From contig OY762897.2 in assembly GCA_963666515.2 (NCBI GenBank), positions 1,254,370-1,318,369 of the forward strand: a DNA stretch of 64,000 bases, written 5' to 3'. Made by a program: the position numbers and the translations under genes. Within the stretch, counting starts at the first letter, position 1. Each line of letters opens with the position of its first letter. The DNA comes from Candidatus Binatia bacterium (lineage in GTDB: Bacteria > Desulfobacterota > Binatia > UBA9968 > JAJDTQ01). Shown piece after piece: positions 23,283 through 33,886 of this stretch. The notes under the pieces are model-generated. The model worked only from the letters and a program-made list of their open reading frames with translations, searched no databases and was not told the origin of the DNA.

Positions 23283-23727
23283 TCTGAGGGACCTCTACCA
23301 GGAGCTGATTCTGGACCACAACCGCAGGCCGCGGAACTTCGGGCCGCTGGCGGAAGCCAACCGCAGCGCCCGCGGCGTCAACCCGCTGTGCGGCGACAAG
23401 GTCGCGGTCCACCTGCACGTGGAAGGCGACCGGGTGAAGAAGGTGAGCTTCGAGGGTACGGGTTGCGCCATTTCCATCGCCTCCGCCTCGGTCATGACCG
23501 AGAGCCTGAAGGAGCAGAGTTGCGACGCCGCCAGGGACCTGTTCGAGCGGTTCCACCGGATGGTGGCGGCCGATGACGGCCAGGGCGCCGACGGCGACGG
23601 CATGGGCAAGCTGGCGGCGTTCGCGGGCGTGCGCGACTATCCGGCGCGCGTGAAGTGCGCTACGCTGGCGTGGCACACGTTGCGCGCGGCCCTGGACGGC
23701 GAAGACAAGGCCGTCAGCACCGAGTAG
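23275..23727 (+). CDS. sufU: SUF-type sulfur-transfer/scaffold protein SufU (NifU/IscU-like)
   Basis: Three conserved Cys contexts: NPLCGD, GTGCAIS, KCATLAW. Overlaps the sufS 3' end by 8 nt. Confidence 0.85.
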   Translation: MSDLRDLYQELILDHNRRPRNFGPLAEANRSARGVNPLCGDKVAVHLHVEGDRVKKVSFEGTGCAISIASASVMTESLKEQSCDAARDLFERFHRMVAADDGQGADGDGMGKLAAFAGVRDYPARVKCATLAWHTLRAALDGEDKAVSTE

Positions 23728-23755
23728 CGGGGCGAGACGGACCGGGAGACATTTC

Positions 23756-24079
23756 GTGGAAAGCGTTGCGGAGCAGAAGGACATCGAACGGCGCGCCATC
23801 GAGGCGATACAGACTTGCTATGACCCCGAGGTGCCGGTGAACATCCACGAAATGGGCCTGATCTACGGGGTGGAGGTGGACCCCCTGGGCCACGTGACCG
23901 TCACCATGACCCTCACCGCGCCCAACTGCCCGGCCGCCCAGTCGCTTCCCGCGGAGGTGGAGGAGAAGGTCCGGGCGGTGGAGGGCGTCAAGGACGTGCA
24001 GGTCGAGATCGTCTGGGAGCCGCCCTGGGACCCCAGCCTCATGTCGGACGCGGCCAAGTTGCAGCTCGGTATGCTGTGA
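23756..24079 (+). CDS. DUF59/MIP18-family Fe-S assembly protein (SufT-like)
   Basis: 107 aa. YDPEVPVNIHEMGLIY and MTLTAPNCP motifs of the DUF59 family. Last gene of the suf cluster. Confidence 0.8.
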   Translation: MESVAEQKDIERRAIEAIQTCYDPEVPVNIHEMGLIYGVEVDPLGHVTVTMTLTAPNCPAAQSLPAEVEEKVRAVEGVKDVQVEIVWEPPWDPSLMSDAAKLQLGML

Positions 24080-24121
24080 GCCGTCCCAGGTTCGCCCCGT
24101 ACGCACCGAAACCAAGACAGC

Positions 24122-25597
24122 ATGGACGAAGCCAACGAGCAGATGGCGGTGCGCCGCCGGAAGGTGGAGCAGCTCCAGGCACGGGGCCTCTCCGTCTATC
24201 CCAACGACTTCCGGCCCAGTCACGCGGCCGGGGCCGTGCGCGAGCGCCACGGCGACCTGGACCCGGAGGGACTCGATGCGTTGACCGAAGAGTTCACGCT
24301 GGCAGGCCGCATCCGCGCCCACCGGCCCCACGGCAAGGCGGCGTTCTTCGAGTTGGAAGACGGCACCGGCAGGCTCCAGGTCTACGCGCGAAAGGACAGG
24401 TTGGGGGAAGATGCTTACGAAGGGGTCCGTTCCCTGGATGTCGGCGACATCGCCGGCGTACGCGGCCGCCTGTTCCGGACCCGCACCAACGAGCTTACCA
24501 TCGAAGCCGCGGAGGTAAGGTTGCTGACCAAGTGCGTCCGGCCCCTGCCCGAGAAGTGGCACGGCCTGAAGGACGTGGAGACGCGCTACCGGCAGCGTTA
24601 CGTGGACCTGATGGTCAACCCCGATGTGCGGGAGGTGTTCCGCAGCCGTTCGCGGATCATCGGGCTCGTGCGCGGCTTCCTGGAGCGGAAGGGGTTCCTG
24701 GAAGTCGAGACCCCGATGATGCAGCCCATGGCCGGCGGCGCCGCGGCCAAACCCTTCGTGACCCACCACAACGCCCTGGACCGGGACCTCTACCTGCGAG
24801 TGGCCCCGGAGCTGTTTCTCAAGCGGCTGCTGGTGGGGGGCTTCGACCGCGTGTTCGAGTTGAACCGCAACTTCCGCAACGAAGGTCTCTCCACCCGGCA
24901 CAATCCCGAGTTCACCATGCTGGAGTTCTATCAGGCCTACGCCGACTACGAGGACCTGATGGAGCTTACGGAAGAGCTGTTCGTGATGCTGGCCGGGGAT
25001 ATCCGCGGGAGCCTGCGCATCCCCTGCGGCGGCCGCGAGGTGAACCTGGAAAGGCCGTGGCAGCGGCTTTCCGTGGCCGCAGGCGTCGCCGAGTACGGCG
25101 GCGTGGAGGAATCGGCGCTGGACACGCTCGATGGCGTGCGCGCGGTCGCGGACAGGCACGGGCTCAAGCTCGACCCCGGACTCGGCCGCGGCAAGCTGCT
25201 GGTGGAGGTGTTCGAGCACTTGGTGGAGCCGCACCTGGTCCAGCCCACGTTCGTGGTGGGCTATCCCCTGGAGGTCTCTCCGCTGGCGCGGCGCAACGAC
25301 AAGGTGCCGAGCCTGGTGGACCGTTTCGAGCTTTTCGTCGGCGGCAGGGAGCTGGCCAACGCCTTCTCCGAGCTGAATGATCCCGATGACCAGCGGCGGC
25401 GCTTCGAGGAACAGGCCGCGGCCCGGCGCGCCGGCGACGACACCGCCTGCGAGGTGGACGAGGACTACGTCCGCGCGCTGGAGTACGCCATGCCTCCGGC
25501 CGCGGGCGAAGGCATCGGCATCGACCGGCTGGTGATGCTGCTGACCGATTCGCCCTCGATCCGGGACGTGATCCTGTTCCCGCTCCTGCGCACGTGA
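24122..25597 (+). CDS. lysS: Lysine--tRNA ligase (class II)
   Basis: FRNEGLSTRHNPEFTMLEFY (motif 2) and PPAAGEGIGIDRLVMLL (motif 3). Confidence 0.9.
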   Translation: MDEANEQMAVRRRKVEQLQARGLSVYPNDFRPSHAAGAVRERHGDLDPEGLDALTEEFTLAGRIRAHRPHGKAAFFELEDGTGRLQVYARKDRLGEDAYEGVRSLDVGDIAGVRGRLFRTRTNELTIEAAEVRLLTKCVRPLPEKWHGLKDVETRYRQRYVDLMVNPDVREVFRSRSRIIGLVRGFLERKGFLEVETPMMQPMAGGAAAKPFVTHHNALDRDLYLRVAPELFLKRLLVGGFDRVFELNRNFRNEGLSTRHNPEFTMLEFYQAYADYEDLMELTEELFVMLAGDIRGSLRIPCGGREVNLERPWQRLSVAAGVAEYGGVEESALDTLDGVRAVADRHGLKLDPGLGRGKLLVEVFEHLVEPHLVQPTFVVGYPLEVSPLARRNDKVPSLVDRFELFVGGRELANAFSELNDPDDQRRRFEEQAAARRAGDDTACEVDEDYVRALEYAMPPAAGEGIGIDRLVMLLTDSPSIRDVILFPLLRT

Positions 25598-26844
25598 CGA
25601 TGCGGTACGAGTTGTTCGTAGGGCTGCGCTATCTCCGGGCCCGGCGCAGCGAACGGTTCATCTCCCTGCTGACCCTGATCTCGGTCCTGGGAGTGATGCT
25701 CGCGGTGGTCACGCTCAACCTGGCCATCGCGGTGATGAGCGGGTTCGAGGAGGCCTTCCGCGACCGTCTCCTGAGCCTTCACGCGCACATCCAACTGGTC
25801 AAGCCCGCGAGCTACCTGACCGGATACGAGGAGCTGGCGAAACGGCTGGAGAGCCGGGACGACGTGACCGCGGCCGCTCCCGCCCTCACCGGCCAGATCA
25901 TCCTTACGGCCGGGAGCCGGGTGTCCGGCGCGGTGGTGCGCGGCATCGACCCGGACCGTTCCCACGTGGACCTCGAAGGGTTCCTCACGCAGGGGCGCGT
26001 GGGCGATCTCAAGGCGCGCACGCCGGTAGTGGTGGACGGCCGGAATCTGGACCTCCCGGGCATCATCATCGGCGACCGGCTCGCGAGCCAACTCCGGGTG
26101 AGCAAGGGACAGGCGCTGCAGGCGGTCTCGCCCATCGGGAGCCCCACCGCGGTGGGGATCATCCCGCGGATCAGGCGTTTTGCGGTGGTGGGCATCTTCG
26201 ACTCGGGCATGCGCGAGTACGACGCCGGCCTGATCTTTCTGAACATTGCGGACGCGCAGCGCTTCTTCGGGATCGGAAAGGTCGCCACCGGCATCGAGAT
26301 CTCCGTCAGCGAGGTCGCGAAGGCGCGGGGCATCGCCGAGGAGATCCAGAACGACGTGGGCGGGAGGTACCTGGTGGAGGACTGGACGCGCCTGTGGCCC
26401 AATCTGTTCGCGGCGTTGCGGCTGGAGAAGACCGTGTACTTCCTGGTGCTGTTGCTGATGGTGCTGATCGCGGCCTTCAACATCGTGTCGACCCTGATCA
26501 TGGTGGTGATGGAAAAACGCAAGGACATCGCGGTGCTGCGGTCCATGGGCGCCACCCGCGGCGGCATCCGGGCGATCTTCCTCCTGAAGGGCTGGATCAT
26601 CGGCGCAGTCGGCACCGTGTCCGGGGTGGTCATCGGCTACGTGCTCGCGCTGCTGCTCCAGCGCTACCAGTTCATCGACCTGCCCGAGGACGTGTTCCCC
26701 GTGTCCACCGTCCCGGTAAGCATCTCTCCCCTGTACTTCGCCCTGGTAGCCCTGTCGTCCCTGGCCATCTGCTGTCTCGCCAGCATCTACCCCGCGCGGC
26801 AGGCCGCCCGGCTGCATCCGGTGGACGTCATCCGGTACGAGTAA
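25594..26844 (+). CDS. lolC: Lipoprotein-releasing system permease (LolC/LolE family)
   Basis: GTGA overlap with lysS (an alternative ATG lies at 25600). ELFVGLRYLRARR N-terminus. Large periplasmic loop and FtsX-type C-terminal TM bundle. Followed by lolD. Confidence 0.85.
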   Translation: MTMRYELFVGLRYLRARRSERFISLLTLISVLGVMLAVVTLNLAIAVMSGFEEAFRDRLLSLHAHIQLVKPASYLTGYEELAKRLESRDDVTAAAPALTGQIILTAGSRVSGAVVRGIDPDRSHVDLEGFLTQGRVGDLKARTPVVVDGRNLDLPGIIIGDRLASQLRVSKGQALQAVSPIGSPTAVGIIPRIRRFAVVGIFDSGMREYDAGLIFLNIADAQRFFGIGKVATGIEISVSEVAKARGIAEEIQNDVGGRYLVEDWTRLWPNLFAALRLEKTVYFLVLLLMVLIAAFNIVSTLIMVVMEKRKDIAVLRSMGATRGGIRAIFLLKGWIIGAVGTVSGVVIGYVLALLLQRYQFIDLPEDVFPVSTVPVSISPLYFALVALSSLAICCLASIYPARQAARLHPVDVIRYE

Positions 26845-26850
26845 CGGAAC

Positions 26851-27534
26851 GTGTCGTCGTTGATCGAAGTACGGGGATTGGCGAAGTCCTTCGCCGGCGG
26901 CGGCAGGCAGGTGGAGGTGCTGGCGGATCTGGACCTTTCCCTGGGCGAGGGCGAACGGCTCGCCATCATCGGCGAGTCCGGCGTCGGCAAGAGCACCCTG
27001 CTTTACATCATCGGCACCCTCGAGCGCCCCGACCGCGGCGCGCTGCGCTACGAGGGACGCGACGTCACCCTCTGGAACGACGACGAAGTCTCGCGGCTGC
27101 GCAACCGGACCATCGGCTTCGTCTTTCAGTTCCATCACCTGCTGCCCGACTTCAGCGCGCTCGAGAACGTCATGATGCCGGCCCTGGTGGCGCGCTGGGA
27201 CCGCCCCAGGGCGCTGGAGGCCGCGCGCGGGCTGCTGGAGACCGTCGGGCTGACGCACCGGCTGACGCACCGGCCGGGGGAGCTTTCCGGCGGCGAGCAG
27301 CAGCGGGTCGCCATCGCGCGCTCGTTGATCCTGGGACCGCGGGTGATGCTCGCCGACGAGCCCACGGGCAACCTGGACCCGGCGACCGCGGGCGAGATCG
27401 AGGACCTGCTGTGCGGGCTCAACGAGGACCGCGGCCTGGGCCTGATCGTGACCACCCACAACCGCCAGTTGGCCGGCCGCATGAACCGGCAACTGGAGCT
27501 TCGCGGCGGCCGTCTCTTCCCGGCCGCCCTCTGA
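26851..27534 (+). CDS. lolD: Lipoprotein-releasing system ATP-binding protein LolD
   Basis: Walker [10 protein letters not shown], signature [14 protein letters not shown], Walker [12 protein letters not shown]. Confidence 0.9.
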   Translation: MSSLIEVRGLAKSFAGGGRQVEVLADLDLSLGEGERLAIIGESGVGKSTLLYIIGTLERPDRGALRYEGRDVTLWNDDEVSRLRNRTIGFVFQFHHLLPDFSALENVMMPALVARWDRPRALEAARGLLETVGLTHRLTHRPGELSGGEQQRVAIARSLILGPRVMLADEPTGNLDPATAGEIEDLLCGLNEDRGLGLIVTTHNRQLAGRMNRQLELRGGRLFPAAL

Positions 27535-27640
27535 CACCGGGACGTGGGACCCTCCCAAGCGGTTTGGAGCCGCGCCCTGCGCTTTACAACCGTACGGGAA
27601 CTTGTTAGCAGATCACGAATAAAGTCCAGGTATTTTCGCG

Positions 27641-30010
27641 GTGTGGATCATCAGCCATAGAATCGCCGCGGCGCTGGTCGCCCTCCTGTGCTGGCTCGTG
27701 GCGTGGAGCGGCGGCGCCGCCGGCGCCTCCGTCATCAACGAAGTCCGTGTTCAGGGCAACCTCAGGGTCGAAGAGGACGCCATCCGGCTGAGCATCCAGG
27801 CGCAGCAGGGCCAGCCCTTGGATCGCGAGGCGGTGGACCGCGACGTCAAGGCCATCTACCGCATGGGCTTCTTCGACGACGTCAGCGCCGATTTCTCCGC
27901 CGAGGGCGTCCTGACCTACACGGTCAAGGAACGGCCCTACGTCAAGCAGGTTGAAATACTCGGCGCCGACAAGGTGTCGAAGGACGACGTGGAAGCTGCC
28001 CTCGGCATCAGCACGCGGACCGCCCTCGACGCCGGCCGTTTGCAGGAAGGCCTGCAGAGGGTGCTCAGGCTTTACAGCGAGGCGGGGCACGTCAACACGC
28101 GGGTCGACTACGTGCTGACGCCGGTCGAGAACAACCAGACCGTCATCACCCTGACGGTCACCGAAGGCAAGACGCTACGGATCAGGAAGATCACCTTCGA
28201 AGGGAACCGGGCGTTCCCGGACGACGAGCTCAAGGGCGTCATGAACACGAAGGAGGCCTGGTTCCTCCCGTTCACGAGCCACGGTATCCTGGACCCGGAC
28301 GTCCTGACCAACGACACCACGCTGCTGTCTTCCTTCTACTACGACCACGGATTCGTCGACCACAAGATCGACGAACCCATCATCCTGACGCGGGCCGAGG
28401 GGCTGGAGGTCGTCATCCGCGTCCAGGAGGGCGAGCGCTACCGGGTCGGCGCCGTGAAGCTCGGCGGAGACCTCGGCAGTACCCCGACACGGCTGCTGGA
28501 GGACGTCACCCTGACCTCCGGGCAGATCTTCCGCAGGAGCCGGCTTCTCAACGACGTGACGGCGCTTCAACAGCGGTACGCCGACCGCGGCTACGCGTTC
28601 GCGGACATCTCTCCGGCCACCCGGTTCAACCCCGAGGCCCGGCTCGTGGACGTGACCTACATGATCAAGCGCGGACCTCCGGTCTTCTTCGACCAAGTGG
28701 AGATCACGGGGAACGTCAAGACCCGTGACAAGGTGATCCGTCGCGGGCTGGAGGTGGCGGAGAAGAGCCGGTACTCCGAGGCGAAGGTCCGGGAGAGCCG
28801 GAACGCCCTGTTGCGGACGGGATACTTCAAGGACGTCACCATGTCCACCGAGAAGTCCGAGAAGGAAGACGAGGTGGACCTCCTGGTCAAGGTGGAGGAG
28901 GCGCCCACCGGCGCCTTCAGCATCGGCGCCGGCTACAGCACCGCAAGCGGGTTCTCGTTCCGCACGTCCCTCGAAGAGCGCAACCTTTTCGGGACCGGAA
29001 GGCGGGTGTCGGCCGACCTCCTCCTCAGCAGGACGGACCAGGACATCGTCCTCCGCCTGGTGGAGCCCCGTGTCCTGGACAGCCGCGCGGACCTCGGGTT
29101 CGACGTCTTCCATACCACCACCGAATACGCCTCCTGGACCAATCGCCGGAGCGGTTTCGCCACCCGCCTCAGCATGCCGATGCGCTACCTCCGCCTGCCC
29201 TACTTCGGACGTCGCGCCGACGCCCACCTCGCCGAAGGGTTCGACGCGGACCCGGGTTTCTCCGTCCTGGACCATCTCCGGGGAAGCATCGGCTACACGC
29301 TGTTCCGCTCCAGGGTCACGGACGTGGGCACGGACGCGCCGTCGAGCATCGAGCCGGGCACATCCCTCACCAGCGCGGTTACGTCCGGCGTCACCTACGA
29401 CACCCGCAACCACTTCTTCGTGCCCACCGAAGGCACCCGTTCGGTGGCGTCCGTCAAGCTGGCCGGACTGGGCGGGGATAACCGCTTCATGCGGAGCGAC
29501 GCCGCGGTGACCTGGTACTATCCCATCTTCGGGGGATTCGAGTGGGGTGAGAACTTCGCCGTCATGCTCGGCGGCCGGATCGGCTACGGCACGTCCTGGA
29601 CCGATCGTCCGCTGCCGTTGTTCGAGCGCTACTTCGTCGGCGGCATCAATTCGGTGCGCGGGTTCGAGTACCGCACCCTGGGTCCGCGGGAGTGTCCCAA
29701 GGACAAGCCCGACTGCGACGACCCCGACGCGGTGGGGGGCAACAAGCAGCTCATCCTGAAAGCGGAGTTGCACTTCCCGATCCTGGACCAGTGGGGTTTC
29801 CGGGGGTCCGCGTTCTTCGACCAGGGACAGGCCTTCGGGCCGTCCGAGAACATCGCCTTCGAGGACCTCAGGCGCTCGACGGGTCTGGCGATGCAGTGGC
29901 AGTCGCCCATCGGCCCGGTCAAGTTGAGCTGGGCGTTCCCCCTGAACGCCCAACCGTCCGACGACAAGGAGATCTTCGGGTTCGCCTTGGGCGCCATCGG
30001 TGATCTTTGA
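27641..30010 (+). CDS. bamA: Outer membrane protein assembly factor BamA (Omp85)
   Basis: 789 aa. Signal peptide, repeated POTRA-like modules ([12 protein letters not shown]..., [12 protein letters not shown]..., [14 protein letters not shown]...), and a C-terminal beta-barrel. Followed by skp and lpxD as in the conserved cluster. Confidence 0.9.
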   Translation: MWIISHRIAAALVALLCWLVAWSGGAAGASVINEVRVQGNLRVEEDAIRLSIQAQQGQPLDREAVDRDVKAIYRMGFFDDVSADFSAEGVLTYTVKERPYVKQVEILGADKVSKDDVEAALGISTRTALDAGRLQEGLQRVLRLYSEAGHVNTRVDYVLTPVENNQTVITLTVTEGKTLRIRKITFEGNRAFPDDELKGVMNTKEAWFLPFTSHGILDPDVLTNDTTLLSSFYYDHGFVDHKIDEPIILTRAEGLEVVIRVQEGERYRVGAVKLGGDLGSTPTRLLEDVTLTSGQIFRRSRLLNDVTALQQRYADRGYAFADISPATRFNPEARLVDVTYMIKRGPPVFFDQVEITGNVKTRDKVIRRGLEVAEKSRYSEAKVRESRNALLRTGYFKDVTMSTEKSEKEDEVDLLVKVEEAPTGAFSIGAGYSTASGFSFRTSLEERNLFGTGRRVSADLLLSRTDQDIVLRLVEPRVLDSRADLGFDVFHTTTEYASWTNRRSGFATRLSMPMRYLRLPYFGRRADAHLAEGFDADPGFSVLDHLRGSIGYTLFRSRVTDVGTDAPSSIEPGTSLTSAVTSGVTYDTRNHFFVPTEGTRSVASVKLAGLGGDNRFMRSDAAVTWYYPIFGGFEWGENFAVMLGGRIGYGTSWTDRPLPLFERYFVGGINSVRGFEYRTLGPRECPKDKPDCDDPDAVGGNKQLILKAELHFPILDQWGFRGSAFFDQGQAFGPSENIAFEDLRRSTGLAMQWQSPIGPVKLSWAFPLNAQPSDDKEIFGFALGAIGDL

Positions 30011-30041
30011 CGGCGCGGGCCGGTGACGCAGTCTGGAGGTT

Positions 30042-30584
30042 ATGGTGATTGGAGTTTTCCGGTTCATTCTGCTGGCGATGCTGGCCGCGGCGGCGGCGAG
30101 TCCGGCGTGGGGTCAGGATCTCAAGGTCGGTTTCGTGAACCTTCAGAAGGCCATGAGCGAGTCGAAGCGCGGCAAGGACGCTCGCGCGAGTTTCCAGGCC
30201 GACCTCAAGGACAAGCAGGACGCCCTGTCGAGGGAGAAGAAGGCTATCGAGAAGCAGCAGAAGGACCTGGAAAAGCAGGCCGTTCTGATGAAGGACAGCG
30301 AGCGGGCCAGGGCGCAGCGCCGTTTGCAGCTCCGCGCGCGCGACTGGGAGCGCAAGATGAGGGACGTGCGGGAAGAGCTGGCCCTCAGAGAGCGCGAGCT
30401 GACCGACGAGATCCTCAAGGACCTTCAGAAGATCATCGGGGAGTTGGGCAAGACGGGCAAGTTCACCATGATCCTCGAACGGAGCCAGATGCTCTACACC
30501 GACAAGGGGACCGACGTCACCGACGAAGTGATCAAGCTCTACAACGAGCGTTTCCAGAACGGGACGGCCGACAAGAACAGGTGA
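30042..30584 (+). CDS. skp: Periplasmic chaperone Skp/OmpH
   Basis: 180 aa. Signal peptide ([12 protein letters not shown]), then a K/E/R-rich coiled-coil typical of OmpH. Positioned between bamA and lpxD. Confidence 0.85.
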   Translation: MVIGVFRFILLAMLAAAAASPAWGQDLKVGFVNLQKAMSESKRGKDARASFQADLKDKQDALSREKKAIEKQQKDLEKQAVLMKDSERARAQRRLQLRARDWERKMRDVREELALRERELTDEILKDLQKIIGELGKTGKFTMILERSQMLYTDKGTDVTDEVIKLYNERFQNGTADKNR

Positions 30585-31627
30585 CGACCTCCGGCAAATC
30601 GCTTGCGGACCTCGCCGAGCTGGTCGGCGGACGGGTGGTCGGCGACCCGGACGCGACCATCGAGGGGGTGGCGTCCATCGAGGACGCGGGTCCGGGAGAG
30701 ATCACCTTTCTCGCCCACCCACGTTATCGGCGGCACCTGGCTTCCTGCAACGCCGGCGCGGTCATCGTGGCGGACGAGCCGGAGGGCCGCACCGGCCTGA
30801 ACCTCCTCCGCGTCGAAGACCCCTACCGCGCGTTCGCGCGCATCCACGGACTGTTCAATCCTCCGGCGGCGCACGACGCCGTCACCAGCCCGCTGGCCTT
30901 CATCCACCCGACGGCCGTCGTCGGCTCGGAGGTCGCCCTCTATCCGCACTGCTACGTCGGCGAGGCGGCCCGGGTCGGAGACGGGACGGTGCTCATGCCC
31001 GGCGCCGCCGTCGGCTCCGGTGCGCACGTCGGCAAGGGCTGCGTGCTCCATCCCAACGTGACGGTGGCCGAGCGCTGCCGCATCGGCGACCGCGTTACGC
31101 TCCACGCCGGGGTGGTGATCGGAAGCGACGGCTTCGGCTACGCCGGCCGGGGGCCGCAACGGCTCAAGGTGCCCCAGGCCGGCATCGTGGAGGTGGGGGA
31201 CGACGTGGAGATCGGCGCCAACGCCACCGTGGACCGGGCCACCATCGGAAGCACCCGGATCGGCGCCGGGACGAAGATCGATAATCTCGTGCAGATCGGG
31301 CACAATGTACGAATCGGCGAACGCTGCCTGATCATCGCCCAGGCCGCGATTGCCGGCAGCGTAGTGGTAGGCGACGACGTGGTGATCGCGGGGCAGGCGG
31401 GCGTCAGCGATCACGTGGAGATCGGCGACCGGTCGATCATCGGGCCCAAGAGCAACGTCCTGCAGTCGGTTCCGCCCGGGTCCGTGCTGTCGGGCCTGGT
31501 CGAAGCCGCTCCTCACAGGCAGTGGCTCAGGGTGATGCGGCTGCTGCCCAGGCTGCCCGAGCTGTGGCGGCGGCTCTCGGAGGTCGAGCGCCGCACGGCG
31601 ACGCGGTCGGACAGGGAGGTCCGGTAA
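30581..31627 (+). CDS. lpxD: UDP-3-O-acylglucosamine N-acyltransferase LpxD
   Basis: GTG start in a GTGA overlap with the skp stop. [18 protein letters not shown]-terminus, hexapeptide repeats, GSDGFGYA. The upstream 186 codons of ORF 30023..31627 overlap skp and were discarded. Confidence 0.9.
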   Translation: MTTSGKSLADLAELVGGRVVGDPDATIEGVASIEDAGPGEITFLAHPRYRRHLASCNAGAVIVADEPEGRTGLNLLRVEDPYRAFARIHGLFNPPAAHDAVTSPLAFIHPTAVVGSEVALYPHCYVGEAARVGDGTVLMPGAAVGSGAHVGKGCVLHPNVTVAERCRIGDRVTLHAGVVIGSDGFGYAGRGPQRLKVPQAGIVEVGDDVEIGANATVDRATIGSTRIGAGTKIDNLVQIGHNVRIGERCLIIAQAAIAGSVVVGDDVVIAGQAGVSDHVEIGDRSIIGPKSNVLQSVPPGSVLSGLVEAAPHRQWLRVMRLLPRLPELWRRLSEVERRTATRSDREVR

Positions 31628-31631
31628 AGGC

Positions 31632-32060
31632 ATGATGGACGCAAACGAGATACGCAGGCTGATCCCGCATCGATACCCGTTTCTGCTGGTGGACCGGATC
31701 GTGGAGCTGGAGCCCGACCGGCGCATCGTCGGCATCAAGAACGTCACCATCAACGAGGGCTTCTTTCAGGGCCACTTCCCGGACAAGCCCATCATGCCGG
31801 GAGTGTTGATCTGCGAGGCCATGGCCCAGGTGGCCGCGGTCCTGGCCCGGTGCAGCGAATACGACCCGGACACGGTCTTCGTCCTGACGGGTGTCGATGG
31901 GGCGAGGTTCAAGCAGCCGGTGGCGCCGGGCGACCAGATGAGGATCGAGATCGAGATACTGAGGCGGCGCAAGAACTACTGGCGCCTTGCCGGTTGCGTA
32001 ACGGTGGACGGGAAACCGGTGGCCGAAGCGGAACTGTCCGCCATGGAGATGTCGGTCTAG
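31632..32060 (+). CDS. fabZ: 3-hydroxyacyl-ACP dehydratase FabZ
   Basis: IPHRYPFLLVDRI and FFQGHFPDKPIMPGVL hot-dog motifs. Confidence 0.95.
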   Translation: MMDANEIRRLIPHRYPFLLVDRIVELEPDRRIVGIKNVTINEGFFQGHFPDKPIMPGVLICEAMAQVAAVLARCSEYDPDTVFVLTGVDGARFKQPVAPGDQMRIEIEILRRRKNYWRLAGCVTVDGKPVAEAELSAMEMSV

Positions 32061-32117
32061 TCCCGGGGCCGAGGCGGATGGTCCGCTTGCCGCCGCCGAC
32101 GGACAAGGTTCGAAAAG

Positions 32118-32942
32118 ATGCCCGTGGACAAGGTCGGCCTGATTGCCGGAAGCGGACGTTTTCCCCTGATATTCGCCCGGAACGCCCGGGACATCGGGGT
32201 GCAGGTGGTCGCGGTGGCGCATCGCGGGGAGACCGCCGAAGAGATCGAGCAGTTCGTGGAGGACGTCACCTGGGTCCGGGTCGGGCAGCTCGGAAAGATC
32301 ATCCGCACCTTCCACCGGGCGGAGGTCCGCAACGCCGTGATGGCCGGCGGCATCCGCAAGGTGCGGATGTTCTCGAACTTCCGGCCCGATCCCAGGGGCC
32401 TTGCGCTGCTCGCCCGGATGAGGAGCCGCGACGACGACCAGTTGTTGCGGGGCGTCGCCGCGGAGCTGGAGAGGGAAGGGATACGCGTCCTGGAGTCGAC
32501 CCTGTTCCTGGAACGGATCATTCCGGCCGAGCCCGGCGTCCTCACGCGCACCCGGCCCAGCCCGGAACAGTGGAAGGACGTGCGCCTGGGCGTTCCCCTG
32601 GCCAAGACGCTGGGGCGCATGGGAATCGGCCAGACGCTGGTGCTCAGGGATGGAGTCATCGTCGCGGTCGAGGCCATCGAAGGCACGGACGCGGCCATTC
32701 GCCGCGGCGGCGAGATCGTGGAAGGCCCGGTGGTGGTAGTGAAGATGAGCAAGCCGGAACAGGACCTGCGTTTCGACGTGCCGGCCGTCGGTCCCCGCAC
32801 CATCGAGGTCATGAAGGAGGTGGGGGGAGGGGCGCTGGCAGTCGAGCGCCGGCGCTCGATCCTGCTGGACAGGGAGAGCCTGCTGGCCGCCGCGGACGAC
32901 GCCGGCATCGCCGTGGTCGCCGTGGACCCGGAAGCCGCATGA
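32118..32942 (+). CDS. lpxI: UDP-2,3-diacylglucosamine pyrophosphatase LpxI (DUF1009 family)
   Basis: GLIAGSGRFPL, GQTLVLRDGVIVAVEAIEGTDAAIRRGG and VVVKMSKPEQDLRFDVPAVG match my memory of the LpxI/DUF1009 family. Lies in the lpx cluster. Confidence 0.75.
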   Translation: MPVDKVGLIAGSGRFPLIFARNARDIGVQVVAVAHRGETAEEIEQFVEDVTWVRVGQLGKIIRTFHRAEVRNAVMAGGIRKVRMFSNFRPDPRGLALLARMRSRDDDQLLRGVAAELEREGIRVLESTLFLERIIPAEPGVLTRTRPSPEQWKDVRLGVPLAKTLGRMGIGQTLVLRDGVIVAVEAIEGTDAAIRRGGEIVEGPVVVVKMSKPEQDLRFDVPAVGPRTIEVMKEVGGGALAVERRRSILLDRESLLAAADDAGIAVVAVDPEAA

Positions 32943-33886
32943 GCGCGCCCGGAACCATCGCCGCGGGCGTGGTCGGAGTCGGCTACGCCGGCAGCCTGCA
33001 CGCGGCCAAGTACGCCGCGTTGCCCGCGGCCAGGCTCGTGGGCGTCGCCGACATCGATGAGGGGCGCGCCCGGGAGATCGGCGAGCGCTACCAAGCGCCC
33101 GCGGTGACGGACTACCGCGACCTTCTGGGCCGGGTCCGTTGCGTCAGCATCGCGGTCCCGACGCAGCAGCATTACCCCGTGGCGCGGGATTTTCTCGCCG
33201 CCGGCGTCGACGTGCTGGTGGAGAAACCCATTGCCTCCACCGTGTCCGACGCCGCCAAGCTGGTGGAGCTGGCGCGGGAGAACGGCTGCATCCTCCAGGT
33301 CGGGCATTTGGAGCGCTTCAACCCGGTGGTGCGCCGGCTCACCGGGTTCATCTCCGGGCCCCGGTTCATCGAATGCCACCGCCTGGCGCCCTTCACGACC
33401 CGCGGCACCGACGTCGACGTGGTGCTGGACCTGATGATCCACGACATCGACGTCATCTCCAGCCTCGTCGACGCGCCGGTGTCCAGCATCGACGCCACCG
33501 GCGTCGCCGTGCTCACGGACAAGCCGGACATCGCCAACGCGCGGATCCGGTTCGAGGACGGCTGCGTGGCCAACGTGACCGCGAGCCGCGTGTCGATGAA
33601 ACGCGAGCGCAAGATCCGGTTCTTTCAGCCGGATGCCTATATTTCCCTGGACTACGACGCCAAGACGGCCCAGGTCTACCGCATGGAAGACCGCAGCCTC
33701 GGCTGGGAGGGGATCCGGGGGCATCCGATCGCCACGGAGAACGGCGACGCCCTCCTGGACCAGATCGAGTCCTTCCTGGAGTCGGTGGCCGCCCGCAAGG
33801 CCCCGGTGGTGACCGGCGAGGACGGGCTGCGCGCGCTCGATATCGCTTCGAGGGTCAGCCGACGAATCCATGAATCGGGACACTAG
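32939..33886 (+). CDS. Gfo/Idh/MocA family NAD(P)-dependent oxidoreductase (GnnA-like candidate)
   Basis: ATGA overlap with lpxI. Rossmann N-terminus AAGVVGVGYAGSLHA. VLVEKPIAS (EKP motif). The upstream part of ORF 31850..33886 overlaps fabZ and lpxI and was discarded. Confidence 0.75.
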   Translation: MSAPGTIAAGVVGVGYAGSLHAAKYAALPAARLVGVADIDEGRAREIGERYQAPAVTDYRDLLGRVRCVSIAVPTQQHYPVARDFLAAGVDVLVEKPIASTVSDAAKLVELARENGCILQVGHLERFNPVVRRLTGFISGPRFIECHRLAPFTTRGTDVDVVLDLMIHDIDVISSLVDAPVSSIDATGVAVLTDKPDIANARIRFEDGCVANVTASRVSMKRERKIRFFQPDAYISLDYDAKTAQVYRMEDRSLGWEGIRGHPIATENGDALLDQIESFLESVAARKAPVVTGEDGLRALDIASRVSRRIHESGH

